DNA of 64,000 bases from Candidatus Hydrogenedentota bacterium (GCA_963745075.1 CAVUWV010000031.1:96001-160000), one strand, 5' to 3'. Counted from the stretch's first letter, positions 28,466 to 38,542 are shown. Program-made: numbers and translations. The notes: a model not told the origin generated them from the sequence alone.

Positions 28466-29808
28466 GACTCGGGAGGGCTCTCCTCGGCGATGCAGACATA
28501 ATCGGACGGATCGGACCGACCAGTCGGATCGGTCGGACTCTCAGGGCGGGCCTTGAGCGCACTCTTCCCTGCAACGCTCTTTCCCGCTAATTTACGATAG
28601 GTTTCCAGCGCGGCGGGAAAGGGTTCGAGGGCGCGTTCGAAGATGCCCAGGCTGTATGCGATGGTCAGCCCGTAGTTGGTGATGGGGACACCCGCCTGAC
28701 GGCAGCGCAGAATGCGGCTGAGCATTTCCCGGCGGTTGGTGGTGCACGCGCCGCAATGGACGACCAGCTTGTACTCGGGCAGGTTTTCGGGGAAATCGTG
28801 TCCCTGAACCGTGTCGAAGTGGAGCTTGCCGCCGACGTATTGGGTCAGCCAACGGGGAATCTTGACGCGGCCGATATCTTCGGCGATGGGATGATGGCTG
28901 CACGCTTCGGCGACGAGGATGCGGTCGCCTGATTTCAGCGAGTCAATCGCCATGGTGCCGGTGACTTGGGTAATCAGGTCTCCATGGAATCGGGCGAACA
29001 GAATGGAGAAGCTGGTCAACGGGATGTCGCGTGGCGTGTCGGCGGCGACTTTCAGGAAAGCTTGCGAATCGGTGACCACGAGCTTGGGCGGGGTTTTCAA
29101 CCGGTCCAGCGCGGTGCGCAGTTCGCGTTCTTTTACCACCATGCAGAAGGCGTCCGAATCGAGCAGATCGCGGATGGACTGAACCTGCGGCATGATAAGC
29201 CGGCCCTTGGGCGCTTCCTTGTCGATCGGCACCACGAGAACCGCCATTTCGCCGGGACCGACGAGGTCGCCGAGGATGGCGGGGTTGTTCACGAAATCCT
29301 CGGGGGCGTTTTCGAGCAGGGCCTCGCGAAAATCGAGAATGCCGGTTCCCTTGGACGCTGCCGTTGCCACGTAGGACACATCCTTTGCGTCGAGCGCGGC
29401 CAACACGGCGGGGTCGGGTTGGGCCAGGTCGGCCTTGTTGAAGACGACCACGACGGGGATCTCGCGCAACGTCAGCGCGCTGAGGATTTCCGATTCGAAT
29501 TCCCCCCACTCCCCGGCTTCGGCGACGAGGACGCCCAAATCGGTGCGTTCGAACACCTGCTGCGTTCGTTGGACGCGCAAGCTGCCCAGGGCACCCACGT
29601 CATCGATGCCGGCGGTGTCGATGAAGAGCACCGGCCCTAGGGGCAACAGTTCCATGGGTTTCTCGACGGGGTCCGTGGTCGTGCCGGCCTGGTCGGACAC
29701 GATCGCGGTCTGTTGCCGCGTGATGGCATTCAACAAACTTGACTTGCCCACGTTGCGGCGTCCGAACAAGCCGATGTGCAGACGAAACGATTTTGGGGCG
29801 GATTGCAT
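28462..29808 (-). CDS. hydF: [FeFe]-hydrogenase maturation GTPase HydF
   Basis: GRRNVGKSS, GTTTDPV, DTAG, NKAD, PKGRLI, TDSQ, EACSHH, HCGAC. Confidence 0.96.
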   Translation of the reverse strand: MQSAPKSFRLHIGLFGRRNVGKSSLLNAITRQQTAIVSDQAGTTTDPVEKPMELLPLGPVLFIDTAGIDDVGALGSLRVQRTQQVFERTDLGVLVAEAGEWGEFESEILSALTLREIPVVVVFNKADLAQPDPAVLAALDAKDVSYVATAASKGTGILDFREALLENAPEDFVNNPAILGDLVGPGEMAVLVVPIDKEAPKGRLIMPQVQSIRDLLDSDAFCMVVKERELRTALDRLKTPPKLVVTDSQAFLKVAADTPRDIPLTSFSILFARFHGDLITQVTGTMAIDSLKSGDRILVAEACSHHPIAEDIGRVKIPRWLTQYVGGKLHFDTVQGHDFPENLPEYKLVVHCGACTTNRREMLSRILRCRQAGVPITNYGLTIAYSLGIFERALEPFPAALETYRKLAGKSVAGKSALKARPESPTDPTGRSDPSDYVCIAEESPPES

Positions 29809-29815
29809 AGGGAAC

Positions 29816-31239
29816 TTACGACTCCTTCGGTGGATCGGGCGTGCCGAGCCGGCAAACGGCTTCCGGGGAAATCAGCTCGTCGAATTGCTCCGCGGTCAGG
29901 ATGTTGTCGCCGAGAACGATTTCCCGAATCGACTCTCCCGTGACCTTGGCCCGGGCCGCGATTTCACAGGCGTGTTCATAGCCGATGACGGGTAGCAAAG
30001 CCGTTGCCGCGGCCGTGGACGATTCAACATGCGTGCGGCACCGGGCTTCGTCCGCTTCGATGCCCTCAACGCAGTGGCGCCGGAGGATGTCGCAACTCCG
30101 CTCCAGGAGGTCGCAACTGTCCAGAAGGCAAACCGCCACGAGGGGCAGGAAGGGATTTAGTTCGAGGCTGCCCTGGGAACAGGCGTAGGCGAGGGTCGCG
30201 TCGTGCCCCAACACCATCATGGCAGCTTGGCTGACGGCTTCAGGGATTACCGGGTTGACTTTCCCCGGCATGATGGAGGATCCGGGCTGGCGTTCCGGTA
30301 GGCGAATTTCGCCGAACCCGGCGTCGGGCCCGGAAGACAAGAGCCGCAGATCGCCGCAGGTTTTCAATAGGGACACGGCGCAGGCTTTGAGAATTCCGGA
30401 AACTTCCACAAAGACATCAGCGTTTTGGGTCGCGTCGATCAAATTCTCCGCACGTGCGAACCCGATGCCGGTCAATTCGCGCAACGTATCGACTACGCGG
30501 AAGATATATTGCCGGGGCGCGGCGATACCGGTCCCGATGGCGGTGCCGCCGAGATTCACGACGCGCAGACCGTTCCTCGCATTTGTAGATGCGCCATCGG
30601 TCGCGGTTGAAGGCTTCGGCGTAGGCCCCCATTTCGCGTCCCAGCGTGGTCAGGACGGCGTCCTGCATTTCGGTTCGCCCCACCTTGACCACATGGGCGA
30701 ATTCCTTTTCCTTGACTTGAAATGCTTCCTGGAGGGCAACGATTTTGTCTTCCAGCCGTTTCAATAACCGGATCGCCGCCAACTTCAATGCGGTCGGAAG
30801 GTGTCGTTGGTGGACTGGTGGCGGTTGATATCGTCAGCCGGAGAGACCCGGTCATAGGCGCCGTGCCGTTCGCCGCAATACTTCGAGCGCACGGTTGGCG
30901 ATGACTTCGTTGACGTTGATATTCGTGCTGGTGCCGGCGCCGCCCTGGAGTCTATCGACGATAACGTGGATCGTGAGAAGACCGTGGGCCATATCACGGC
31001 ACGCTTGGAAGTATGGCTTCGGCTTTGGGGCGATCGTCAGTCCAGACGCCGAGGGCATCGTTCGTCATGGCACAGGCCAGCTTGACCGCGCCATAGGCCC
31101 GCACGAGTTCCGGGTGCACGGGGTGTCCCGTCAAGGGGAAATTTTCGCCCGCCCGGTCGGCGTGAATACCGTAGAGCGCATCTTCGGGTAGATGACGAGC
31201 GCCCAGGGCGTCGTGTTCTGTTCGGTGTTTGTTTTTCAT
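29816..31239 (-). pseudogene. aspA: Aspartate ammonia-lyase, interrupted by about four frameshifts (~31010, ~30875, ~30797, ~30569)
   Basis: YGIH..RA.ENF, QGGAGTSTNINVNEVIAN, QSTNDT, GRTEMQDA, NLGGTAIGTG and GSSIMPGKVNP, spread over successive frames. Confidence 0.82.
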
Positions 31240-31320
31240 CGCGGCCGGATTGGGTGACACGTTCACGGCGGACCCCGAGCGGGGAATTGCCGCGGCAGCG
31301 CCGTGCGTTCGGGTTGTCCT

Positions 31321-31584
31321 TTACCGTTGGTGCTCGAAGATCATCTGCTGGACTTCGATCCCCGTCACAGCCTTGAGTGTATCACGGAGTTCGTCGCAGA
31401 TGGATTCATCCCCGAACAGTTCGAGCACGATGAGCCCATTGGGCGCGCAGTAGTCATTGTCGACTTCGTGGAGGCCGATCCGGGTCTTGATGTTACACCC
31501 GTACTTGGTCAGGACGTCCTGCACCGCGCTGGCCTTTTCGATGCGGTCGGTGACGTGTACGCCCAAAATGTAGTGCTTGTCCAT
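31321..31584 (-). CDS. TM1266-family iron-only hydrogenase system regulator (ACT-like)
   Basis: 87 aa, GGGAGG RBS; ILGV...R...A..VQ.VLT.YG..I.TRIGL pattern, directly downstream of hydG. Confidence 0.75.
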   Translation of the reverse strand: MDKHYILGVHVTDRIEKASAVQDVLTKYGCNIKTRIGLHEVDNDYCAPNGLIVLELFGDESICDELRDTLKAVTGIEVQQMIFEHQR

Positions 31585-31607
31585 AACGGATCCTCCCGTA
31601 CCCTGGT

Positions 31608-33005
31608 TTAGACGAATACGTCGCGCTCGCCGTCACGGACGCGGTCCATCAGGATCTGCGAAACGTTGCGGCGATGTTCGGCAAAGCCCTCCAACGTCTT
31701 TTTGATGCATTCCTCGCCGATGGCCTTGGTATATGGCGACCCGTAGTCTTCGAGATACTCAACGAAGGTGCTCAGCGCGTTTACGTCGCAGTGGTCCTTG
31801 ATCTTGCCCGGCTTGGCGAGGTCCATGAAGTCTTGCCCGGTGCGTCCGAGCCGGTAGCAAGCCGTGCAAAACGATGGGATATACCCTAACGACGCGATAT
31901 CCCGAATCACTTCGTCGACGGTACGATGGTCGCCCAAGGAGAATTGGCTGCCGTCATATTCCTCATCTTCCGCGTACCCGCCGGGGTTCGTGCGGCTACC
32001 GGCACTGATCTGCGATACGCCCAAGGCGAAGGTTTCGCGGCGAATGTTCGGAGTTTCGCGGGTCGACATAATGATACCCGTGTAGGGAACGGCCAGCCGG
32101 AGTATGGCGACGATCTTCCGGAAATCGATGTCGGAAACCGGGAACGGGGGCTGGCTGGCAATATCCGAGCCGTAGGCCGGTTCGAGGCGGGGTACGCTGA
32201 TCGTATGGGGTCCCACGCCGAACGCCTTTTCCAGGTGCTCGATGTGTTGCATCAACGCGAGGATTTCGAAGCGCCAGTCAAACAACCCGAAGAGAATCCC
32301 AACGCCGATATCGTCGATTCCGGCTTCCATGGCACGGTCGGGGGCCGTAATTCGCCAGTCGAAATCCGTCTTTTTCCCTTCCAGGTGCACCTTCGAGTAG
32401 GTTCCGCGGTGGTACGTTTCCTGGAAGAGCTGATACGTACCGATATGGGCCGCCTTCAACTCGTGGAACTCCTCGACGGTAAGGGGTGCGATGTTGACGT
32501 TTACCCGCCGGATTTCGCCGCGCCCGCTCTTGATGGCGTAGATGGTTTCCAGGCATTTCAAGACGTAGGAAAACCCCTCGACCGGATACGATTCGCCGGC
32601 GACCAGGAGGATACGCTTGTGTCCTTGTTCGATGATGACTTTCGTCTCACGGGCAACTTCGTCTTGCGTAAGTGCGCGGCGTTTCACCCCCTTGTTAGTC
32701 TTGCGAAAGGCGCAGTAGAGGCATTCGTTAGAGCAGAGGTTAGACACGTAGAGCGGGGCAAAGAGCACGAGGCGCCGCCCGTAAATCTCCTCTTTTGCAT
32801 GGCGGGCCGTATCGAAGACTTCGCCGAGCAGTTCGGGGTCGCTGACCGCCATGAGCACGGCGACTTCCCGGGCATCGAGGCCTTTGAGTTCGAGGGCTTT
32901 CGCGAGCACCTCGCGTACGCGGGACGCGTCTTTGTCCGCACCGTAAGCAAGCGTGGCTTCAATACGCTCTTCGTCGATGGGGACTGAGTTTCGTAGGCTT
33001 AACAT
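31608..33005 (-). CDS. hydG: [FeFe]-hydrogenase maturation radical SAM protein HydG
   Basis: FAPLYVSNLCSNECLYC, IRRVNVN, LFQETYH, GPHTISVPR, C-terminal CX2CX22C (FCTACY...DHC). Confidence 0.96.
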   Translation of the reverse strand: MLSLRNSVPIDEERIEATLAYGADKDASRVREVLAKALELKGLDAREVAVLMAVSDPELLGEVFDTARHAKEEIYGRRLVLFAPLYVSNLCSNECLYCAFRKTNKGVKRRALTQDEVARETKVIIEQGHKRILLVAGESYPVEGFSYVLKCLETIYAIKSGRGEIRRVNVNIAPLTVEEFHELKAAHIGTYQLFQETYHRGTYSKVHLEGKKTDFDWRITAPDRAMEAGIDDIGVGILFGLFDWRFEILALMQHIEHLEKAFGVGPHTISVPRLEPAYGSDIASQPPFPVSDIDFRKIVAILRLAVPYTGIIMSTRETPNIRRETFALGVSQISAGSRTNPGGYAEDEEYDGSQFSLGDHRTVDEVIRDIASLGYIPSFCTACYRLGRTGQDFMDLAKPGKIKDHCDVNALSTFVEYLEDYGSPYTKAIGEECIKKTLEGFAEHRRNVSQILMDRVRDGERDVFV

Positions 33006-34360
33006 GATAAAAGTTTCTCCATAGTCTGTTGGTCCAGGTCGGCCGGCGGCTGGGGGATATTCAGAACGAATTCCGCCCAGTGCCCAGCCTCGGACTCCGC
33101 ACGGACATCGCCGCCGTGCAGTTTGGCGATGCGCCACACCGAATACAGTCCGATACCGGTGCCGGGTATACGCTTTTTTTGGGCCGTCTGCAGCCGCGAG
33201 TACGGTCGAAACAATAAAGGCCGCTCCTCCGGCGCGAATCCAATGCCTTCGTTCCAGACAAGGATACGAATACCTGCGACAGACGGCTCCACGGTGAGGC
33301 GAACTTCGCCGCCTTTCTTTCCATACTTGACCGCGTTGGACATCAGATTGCCAACGGCGATCCGCAAGAGTTCCGGCTCGCAAATCGCATGGATTGGGGA
33401 CGACGGCACGGTCCGGGTCAACCACATATTCTTGTTTTCCAACTGGGCGCTACCGATGTCGACCGCTGGATCGAGGACGTCGACGACCAGATCCTCCACG
33501 TCGTGGAATTGTGGTTCCGCGCTCAACGTCTCAACCCGGGTCAGGTCGAGGTAGTCGCGCGCGAGCAGCAGCACGTGCTCCGATTTCGCGATAATACGCT
33601 GGACTTTTCGGCGCTGGCGCGGGGTCAAGTCGCCGAGATACCCTTCGGCAAGCACGCGCGCGTCCATGACAATCGAGGCTACGGGACTTTTGACTTCGTG
33701 GCTGACAAAGGCCAGGAGTTCACGGTATGCGTGGTTGGCGGCCTCGAGTCGTTCAATGTGATAGGCCTTTTCGACCGCCTGCCCCAATCGTTCAACCATT
33801 GCCATTTGGAGGCCCGCCTGGTGGCGGTCGTAGGTACGGGTGCGGCGAGAACTCCGAAACAGGAATCCCACGCGCCTGCCCGAAACGGTAAGGGGACAGG
33901 TCATGCTGGACCGCACGCCCTCGCGCACCAGAAGCGCCGTGGACCGGCTGGCGGGTTTTCGCTCCAAATACGTTTCGAGATCGTTGATAATCCGAATACG
34001 GCCGCGTTGAAGGATCGCCTCGAGCGAACTGCCTTTGAGGTCTTCGCCGTAGCCGCGCTCGAGGAGTAGCGGATCGTAATCCGCACGCGACCAATAGGCG
34101 GCCACGCGGGCGCCGTCTTCTTCGAGAAACGCCAACCCCATGCGGTCGCAGGGAAACAATTCGCGCGTGCTCTCGAACACGAAGTTCATGATGACGTCCA
34201 GGGATTCCCCGGCCGCGACGCGTTGGTTGACGGTATCCAAGACCGCGCGCTCCCGCTCGGAAAACGCATCGGGACTCGCCTCTTCCGCGTTCACGTCGAC
34301 GAATTGAAGGACGTCGTTACGTTCTCGTTGGCTGGAGCGCGCTGTCGTCATAGCGGTCAC
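32999..34360 (-). CDS. Cytoplasmic GAF-domain sensor histidine kinase
   Basis: GAF-like segment (GVRSSMTCPL), H-box VSHEVKSP, N-box NLMSNAVKY, WNEGIG, GTGIGL; no TM helix. Start may be ATG 34351. Confidence 0.9.
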   Translation of the reverse strand: MTAMTTARSSQRERNDVLQFVDVNAEEASPDAFSERERAVLDTVNQRVAAGESLDVIMNFVFESTRELFPCDRMGLAFLEEDGARVAAYWSRADYDPLLLERGYGEDLKGSSLEAILQRGRIRIINDLETYLERKPASRSTALLVREGVRSSMTCPLTVSGRRVGFLFRSSRRTRTYDRHQAGLQMAMVERLGQAVEKAYHIERLEAANHAYRELLAFVSHEVKSPVASIVMDARVLAEGYLGDLTPRQRRKVQRIIAKSEHVLLLARDYLDLTRVETLSAEPQFHDVEDLVVDVLDPAVDIGSAQLENKNMWLTRTVPSSPIHAICEPELLRIAVGNLMSNAVKYGKKGGEVRLTVEPSVAGIRILVWNEGIGFAPEERPLLFRPYSRLQTAQKKRIPGTGIGLYSVWRIAKLHGGDVRAESEAGHWAEFVLNIPQPPADLDQQTMEKLLSC

Positions 34361-36289
34361 CTATTCAATGAATTTCCCCCGTGGCGTGTATTGCGTATGC
34401 AACAGCTTATGGCTGAGATGGCCACAGGGCCCGTCGGTTAGAAAATCGTTGTAGACCCGGACAATTGCCGGGTTTTCATGGGACTTGCGCACGCTGTATG
34501 CGCGATCTTCCGAGTAGATTGCCTGCGCGCGCGCCGCGCGAATCGCGGGGCTGGTCGGTATCGGCTGGCCGCCGCCACCGAGGCATCCGCCGGGGCAGGC
34601 CATGAATTCGATGAAGTGGCACTCGCTGAACTTTCCGCCGGCTTTGATGTCTTCCATGACTTTCTTGGCATAGGCCGTGCCGTGCGCCACGGCCACCTTG
34701 AGCGTAGCGCCCTTCAACCACTCCCAATCGTCGATCAGCCCTTTCAACAGTTCCGGTACCGGCCCCACCTCGGTGACGGGGACTTCGGCGTACCGGATTC
34801 CTTCGAAACCACGCACCGGAATGATTTCAGCGTGGTCGAAGAAGCTTTCGACTTTCTTGCCCGTCACGAGTTCGATGACGGTACGCAACGCAGCTTCCAT
34901 GACGCCGCCGGAGGCGCCGAAAATGACGCCGGAACCGGTGGCGGTACCGAACGGATCGTCGAAATCCGATTTCGGTAAATCCGGAAGGTAGATGCCGGCT
35001 TCGCTGATCATCTTGCCCAGTTCGCGGGTCGTGAGACCGTAGTCGATGTCCTTGTACCCGCTATCGCACATTTCGGGGCGGTTGCACTCGAACTTTTTCG
35101 CCGAACACGGCATCAACGCGACAGCGACGATGTCCTTGGGGTCGATCTTGTTGAGATGGGCGTAATACGTCTTGATGAGCGCGCCAAACATCTGCTGCGG
35201 ACTCTTCGCGCTGGAGAGGTGCGTGAGGTACTCGGGGTAGAAGTGTTCGATGTACTTCACCCACCCCGGCGAACAGCTCGTAAACTGCGGGATGGCAACC
35301 GGTTCCTTGTCGACCAGCGCTTTTTTCAGGCGCAGCAGCAGTTCCGTGCCTTCCTCGATGATGGTGAGGTCCGCCGTGAAGTTGGTATCGAAGACCTTGT
35401 CAAATCCGCACAACCGAAGCGCCGTGTTCATCTCGAAGGTCAACGCCCGGCCTGGCGGGAGTCCGAAACACTCGCCAATACCGGCTCGTGGGCTCGGCGC
35501 CGTCTGCATGATGACGTGTTTCGTTGGGTCGTCGATGGCCGCCCAAACCTCGTCGGTCGGGTCGTTGGCGCGGAGCGCACCCGTGGGACAGCGATTGATG
35601 CACTGGCCGCAGTTGATGCAGATGACTTCCGCGAGCGGTTTGTCCATGAAGGTGGTAACCTTGGACTCGGCGCCGCGGCCTTCGACTTCGAGCACGCCGA
35701 CTTCCTGGAAGTCGATACAGGTGCGAATGCAGCGCCGGCACAACACGCATTTGTTCATGTCGCGCACGACCGAGTGGCTCGACGTGTCGATCTCGAACAG
35801 GGGCTTGTCGGGATGGCCGAACCGGAAGAAATCGACGCCGTATTCCTTGGCGAGGCTCTGCAGTTCGCAATTGTTGTTGCGGTTGCAGGCATAACACTCG
35901 CCGTAGTGATTTGCGAGGAGCAGGTCGAGTATGTGACGGCGCGCCAGGCGCACCTTGCGCGAATGGGTTTTTACCTTGATGGGTTGCGTGATGGGAAACG
36001 CGCATGACGCTTGCAGCGTGCGCTGGCCCTCCACCTCGACAACACACATGCGACACACGCCGGCCACGCACAGATCCTCGTGGTGGCAAAGCGTCGGAAT
36101 GCGCACGCCAAGTTCTTTGGCCGCATCAAGAATCGTGGTGCCGATAGGCACCTTGAGCTTCTTCCCGTCAATTTCTAATGAGACTTGTCCGCCGATGGCG
36201 GTCGTGTCTTTCGTCGGTTCGATCTGTTGACCTCGCTGGCTGACTGGCGCCCGCGATACATCCTTTCCAAAAGTGCTGGTCTCCGACAT
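34361..36289 (-). CDS. hydA: Group A [FeFe]-hydrogenase catalytic subunit of a multimeric NAD-linked enzyme
   Basis: 2Fe-2S, His-ligated 4Fe-4S (HYGECYAC..NNC) and 2x4Fe-4S domains; H-cluster motifs FTSCSPGW, MPCSAKKFE, EFMACPGGCLGGGGQP. Confidence 0.96.
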   Translation of the reverse strand: MSETSTFGKDVSRAPVSQRGQQIEPTKDTTAIGGQVSLEIDGKKLKVPIGTTILDAAKELGVRIPTLCHHEDLCVAGVCRMCVVEVEGQRTLQASCAFPITQPIKVKTHSRKVRLARRHILDLLLANHYGECYACNRNNNCELQSLAKEYGVDFFRFGHPDKPLFEIDTSSHSVVRDMNKCVLCRRCIRTCIDFQEVGVLEVEGRGAESKVTTFMDKPLAEVICINCGQCINRCPTGALRANDPTDEVWAAIDDPTKHVIMQTAPSPRAGIGECFGLPPGRALTFEMNTALRLCGFDKVFDTNFTADLTIIEEGTELLLRLKKALVDKEPVAIPQFTSCSPGWVKYIEHFYPEYLTHLSSAKSPQQMFGALIKTYYAHLNKIDPKDIVAVALMPCSAKKFECNRPEMCDSGYKDIDYGLTTRELGKMISEAGIYLPDLPKSDFDDPFGTATGSGVIFGASGGVMEAALRTVIELVTGKKVESFFDHAEIIPVRGFEGIRYAEVPVTEVGPVPELLKGLIDDWEWLKGATLKVAVAHGTAYAKKVMEDIKAGGKFSECHFIEFMACPGGCLGGGGQPIPTSPAIRAARAQAIYSEDRAYSVRKSHENPAIVRVYNDFLTDGPCGHLSHKLLHTQYTPRGKFIE

Positions 36290-36292
36290 GCT

Positions 36293-37525
36293 CTACTCCT
36301 TACCCGCCGCGGCGAGATCCGTGCGTCCCATGATTTCGTCCGGGAAGTGCTTCACGATGGACAGGAAGGCGTTGGGGCTCGACTGGCCCAACCCGCACTT
36401 CGAGGCCAACTGCATCGTTTCCCCGAGCGAACAGAGTTCGCGCAGGTATTTCATCGAGCAGTTACCGCTCCAAAGCAGTTCCACGCCTTCCAAGAGTTTC
36501 TGGGTGCCGGCGCGGCACGGTGTGCACTGTCCGCAGGACTCATCGACGAAGAATTCGAGGAAATTGTGGGCGACGGACAACATGTCCCGTTGGGGTCCGA
36601 ACACGATGATGGACCCGCCCGTCGGGATATCTTCAAAGGCGAGTGTTCGCGCAAATTCGCCGGCCGGAACGCAATGGCCGGATGCGCCGCCCACCTGGAC
36701 CGCTTTGGCGTCTTCTCCGCCGACTTCCTGGAGCAGTTCGGCAATGGAAATTCCCATGGGAAACTCGTAGACGCCGGGACGTTCGCAGTCGCCGGATACG
36801 CTGAACAGTTTCAGGCCGGAGGATTTGTCGGTCCCGATCCCTTTGAACCAACTCGCGCCCTTGGCGAGAATGCAGGCGGCCCAGGCCAGGGTTTCGACGT
36901 TGTTGACGATGGTGGGATGGCCCATGTAGCCGGTGTCCACCGGGAAGGGGGGACGGTTACGCGGTTCACCGCGATTGCCTTCCAAGGACTCGATCAGCGC
37001 GGTCTCTTCACCACATACATAGGCCCCGGAACCCATCCGGATCGTAATGTCGAAGGCGAACCCTTCGCGGCCGAGGATGTTTTCGCCCAGCAGGTTCTCA
37101 CTGCGCCGCCGTTCCAGCACGGCTTCCAGCAAGGGGCGCAAGTAAGTGTATTCGCCGCGGAGGTACACGATGCCGTTCTTTGCGCCGATAGCAATTGCGG
37201 CAATCGTCATCCCCTCGAATACGAGATCCGCGTATTCGGTCAGAATGACGCGATCCTTGAACGTACCGGGTTCCCCTTCGTCCGCGTTGCACACGACGTA
37301 TTTCGTGTCGTCGCGCGCGGCAGCGGCAAGATTCCACTTGACGCCGGTGGGAAACCCCGCGCCGCCGCGGCCGCGTATACCGGATGCACTAATCTCTCCG
37401 ATGGTATAGGCCCGGCTCATCTTGACAGCGTACCGGAGGCCGGCATTGGGTTTGACCGTACCAAAGGTTAACGTGCCGGTCCGGGTTGGTTGAATACTTT
37501 CTGCGTGGCTCATGGTCGCACTCAT
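36293..37525 (-). CDS. NuoF/HoxF-like NADH/FMN-binding hydrogenase subunit
   Basis: SGIRGRGGAGFPTG, NADEGEPGTFKDR, GAYVCGEE, ESCGQCTPCR...CGLG; ATG 37525 overlaps the upstream TGA. Confidence 0.92.
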   Translation of the reverse strand: MSATMSHAESIQPTRTGTLTFGTVKPNAGLRYAVKMSRAYTIGEISASGIRGRGGAGFPTGVKWNLAAAARDDTKYVVCNADEGEPGTFKDRVILTEYADLVFEGMTIAAIAIGAKNGIVYLRGEYTYLRPLLEAVLERRRSENLLGENILGREGFAFDITIRMGSGAYVCGEETALIESLEGNRGEPRNRPPFPVDTGYMGHPTIVNNVETLAWAACILAKGASWFKGIGTDKSSGLKLFSVSGDCERPGVYEFPMGISIAELLQEVGGEDAKAVQVGGASGHCVPAGEFARTLAFEDIPTGGSIIVFGPQRDMLSVAHNFLEFFVDESCGQCTPCRAGTQKLLEGVELLWSGNCSMKYLRELCSLGETMQLASKCGLGQSSPNAFLSIVKHFPDEIMGRTDLAAAGKE

Positions 37526-38043
37526 ACCAACTGCTCCTGCGTGGTTTGGGCCGCGTGCACACCGAATACCTTCCGGCATCCTTCGACGATGTCGTGCACC
37601 TTATCGGATGTGACCCGGGTAAAGACGTGGTCGTTTACCAGCAATGCCGGTCCCTGGTCGCACATGCCGATACAATTGGCCCATTCCAGGGTAAAATGGC
37701 CATCGGGCGTGGTTTCACCGAAAAAGATGCCGAGTTCGCTTTCCAGTTGCCGCGCGAGCCGGCTCTTGCCATGGATGTCGCACGAGATGGTCCGGCACAA
37801 CCGAATGACGAAGCGCCCCTTGGGGCGCCAGTCGAGGAAGCTGTAGAACGACACAACGCCGTAGACTTCGACGGGATGAATGTCAAGCACGTCGGCGACG
37901 ATCTGCATGGCAAAATCGGAAACCCGGGCGTGTTTGCGCTGGATCTCTTGGAGGATGGGGATGAGGGCGCCGCGGTCGCGACCATAGGTTTCGGCCCACG
38001 ACTGGATTTCCTTCCGGAATTGATCCTGTTCGGTCGTCAGCAT
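37522..38043 (-). CDS. NuoE-like [2Fe-2S] thioredoxin-fold hydrogenase subunit
   Basis: LIPILQEIQ, VYGVVSFY, CRTISC...CIGMC. Confidence 0.92.
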   Translation of the reverse strand: MLTTEQDQFRKEIQSWAETYGRDRGALIPILQEIQRKHARVSDFAMQIVADVLDIHPVEVYGVVSFYSFLDWRPKGRFVIRLCRTISCDIHGKSRLARQLESELGIFFGETTPDGHFTLEWANCIGMCDQGPALLVNDHVFTRVTSDKVHDIVEGCRKVFGVHAAQTTQEQLV

Positions 38044-38046
38044 CGG

Positions 38047-38427
38047 TCAACCCTCCTTCGCGGCAAGCAGGCGCTTGACCTTGCCGACGAGCGTCGCCGG
38101 GTCTACCGGTTTTTCCTGGAATTCATCGACCGGCACCACATCACTGTCGCGGTCGTACGCGAGGCCACTCACCTTGCTGATGCTCGTCAGCATGAGAATG
38201 GGTTTGTCGAACCCTTCGCGGCGGAGATCCTGCGCCATTGCCATGCCGTCGTCCGGCTGCTCCATCATGACGTCCAGAATGACGAGATCGGGCAACGAAG
38301 CCTCGATGGCTGCCATACCGGTGGCCCGGCTATTGGCACTGGTCACCTCGAACCCTTCGCGCTCGAGGAAGAGCGCACAGGCCTCGGTGATGTCCGGGTC
38401 GTCGTCGACTACGAGAATCTTGGCCAT
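38047..38427 (-). CDS. Stand-alone response regulator receiver protein
   Basis: ILVVDDD, ILDVMM (phospho-Asp), LMLTS, KP; 126 aa with no output domain. Confidence 0.92.
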   Translation of the reverse strand: MAKILVVDDDPDITEACALFLEREGFEVTSANSRATGMAAIEASLPDLVILDVMMEQPDDGMAMAQDLRREGFDKPILMLTSISKVSGLAYDRDSDVVPVDEFQEKPVDPATLVGKVKRLLAAKEG

Positions 38428-38514
38428 ACTTCTACCTCTTGTCGGTTATCGGCGCTGCCGCCGCTGATCCGGTCTCCGGAAGGCCATTCCGGAGAAGCCA
38501 CAGTTGGAACCGGG

Positions 38515-38542
38515 ATTAATCGTGATTTATTTCACGATTAAT
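38515..38542. promoter_or_regulatory. Rex-type operator
   Basis: Inverted repeat ATTAATCGTGA-TTTATT-TCACGATTAAT with perfect 11-bp arms; the 18-bp core resembles the Rex consensus TTGTGAA-N4-TTCACAA. Confidence 0.78.

Noticed and set aside
35262..35285. TSCSPGW instead of TSCCPGW as a sign of an inactive or sensory hydrogenase
   Set aside because: This variant is common in active multimeric NAD-linked group A enzymes, and the other H-cluster motifs are canonical.
27305..37471. Long plus-strand ORFs antisense to the hydrogenase genes (e.g. 27305-28501, 31926-32987, 36185-37471)
   Set aside because: Shadow ORFs typical of GC-rich coding DNA; no motifs or RBS, and fully overlapping well-supported genes.
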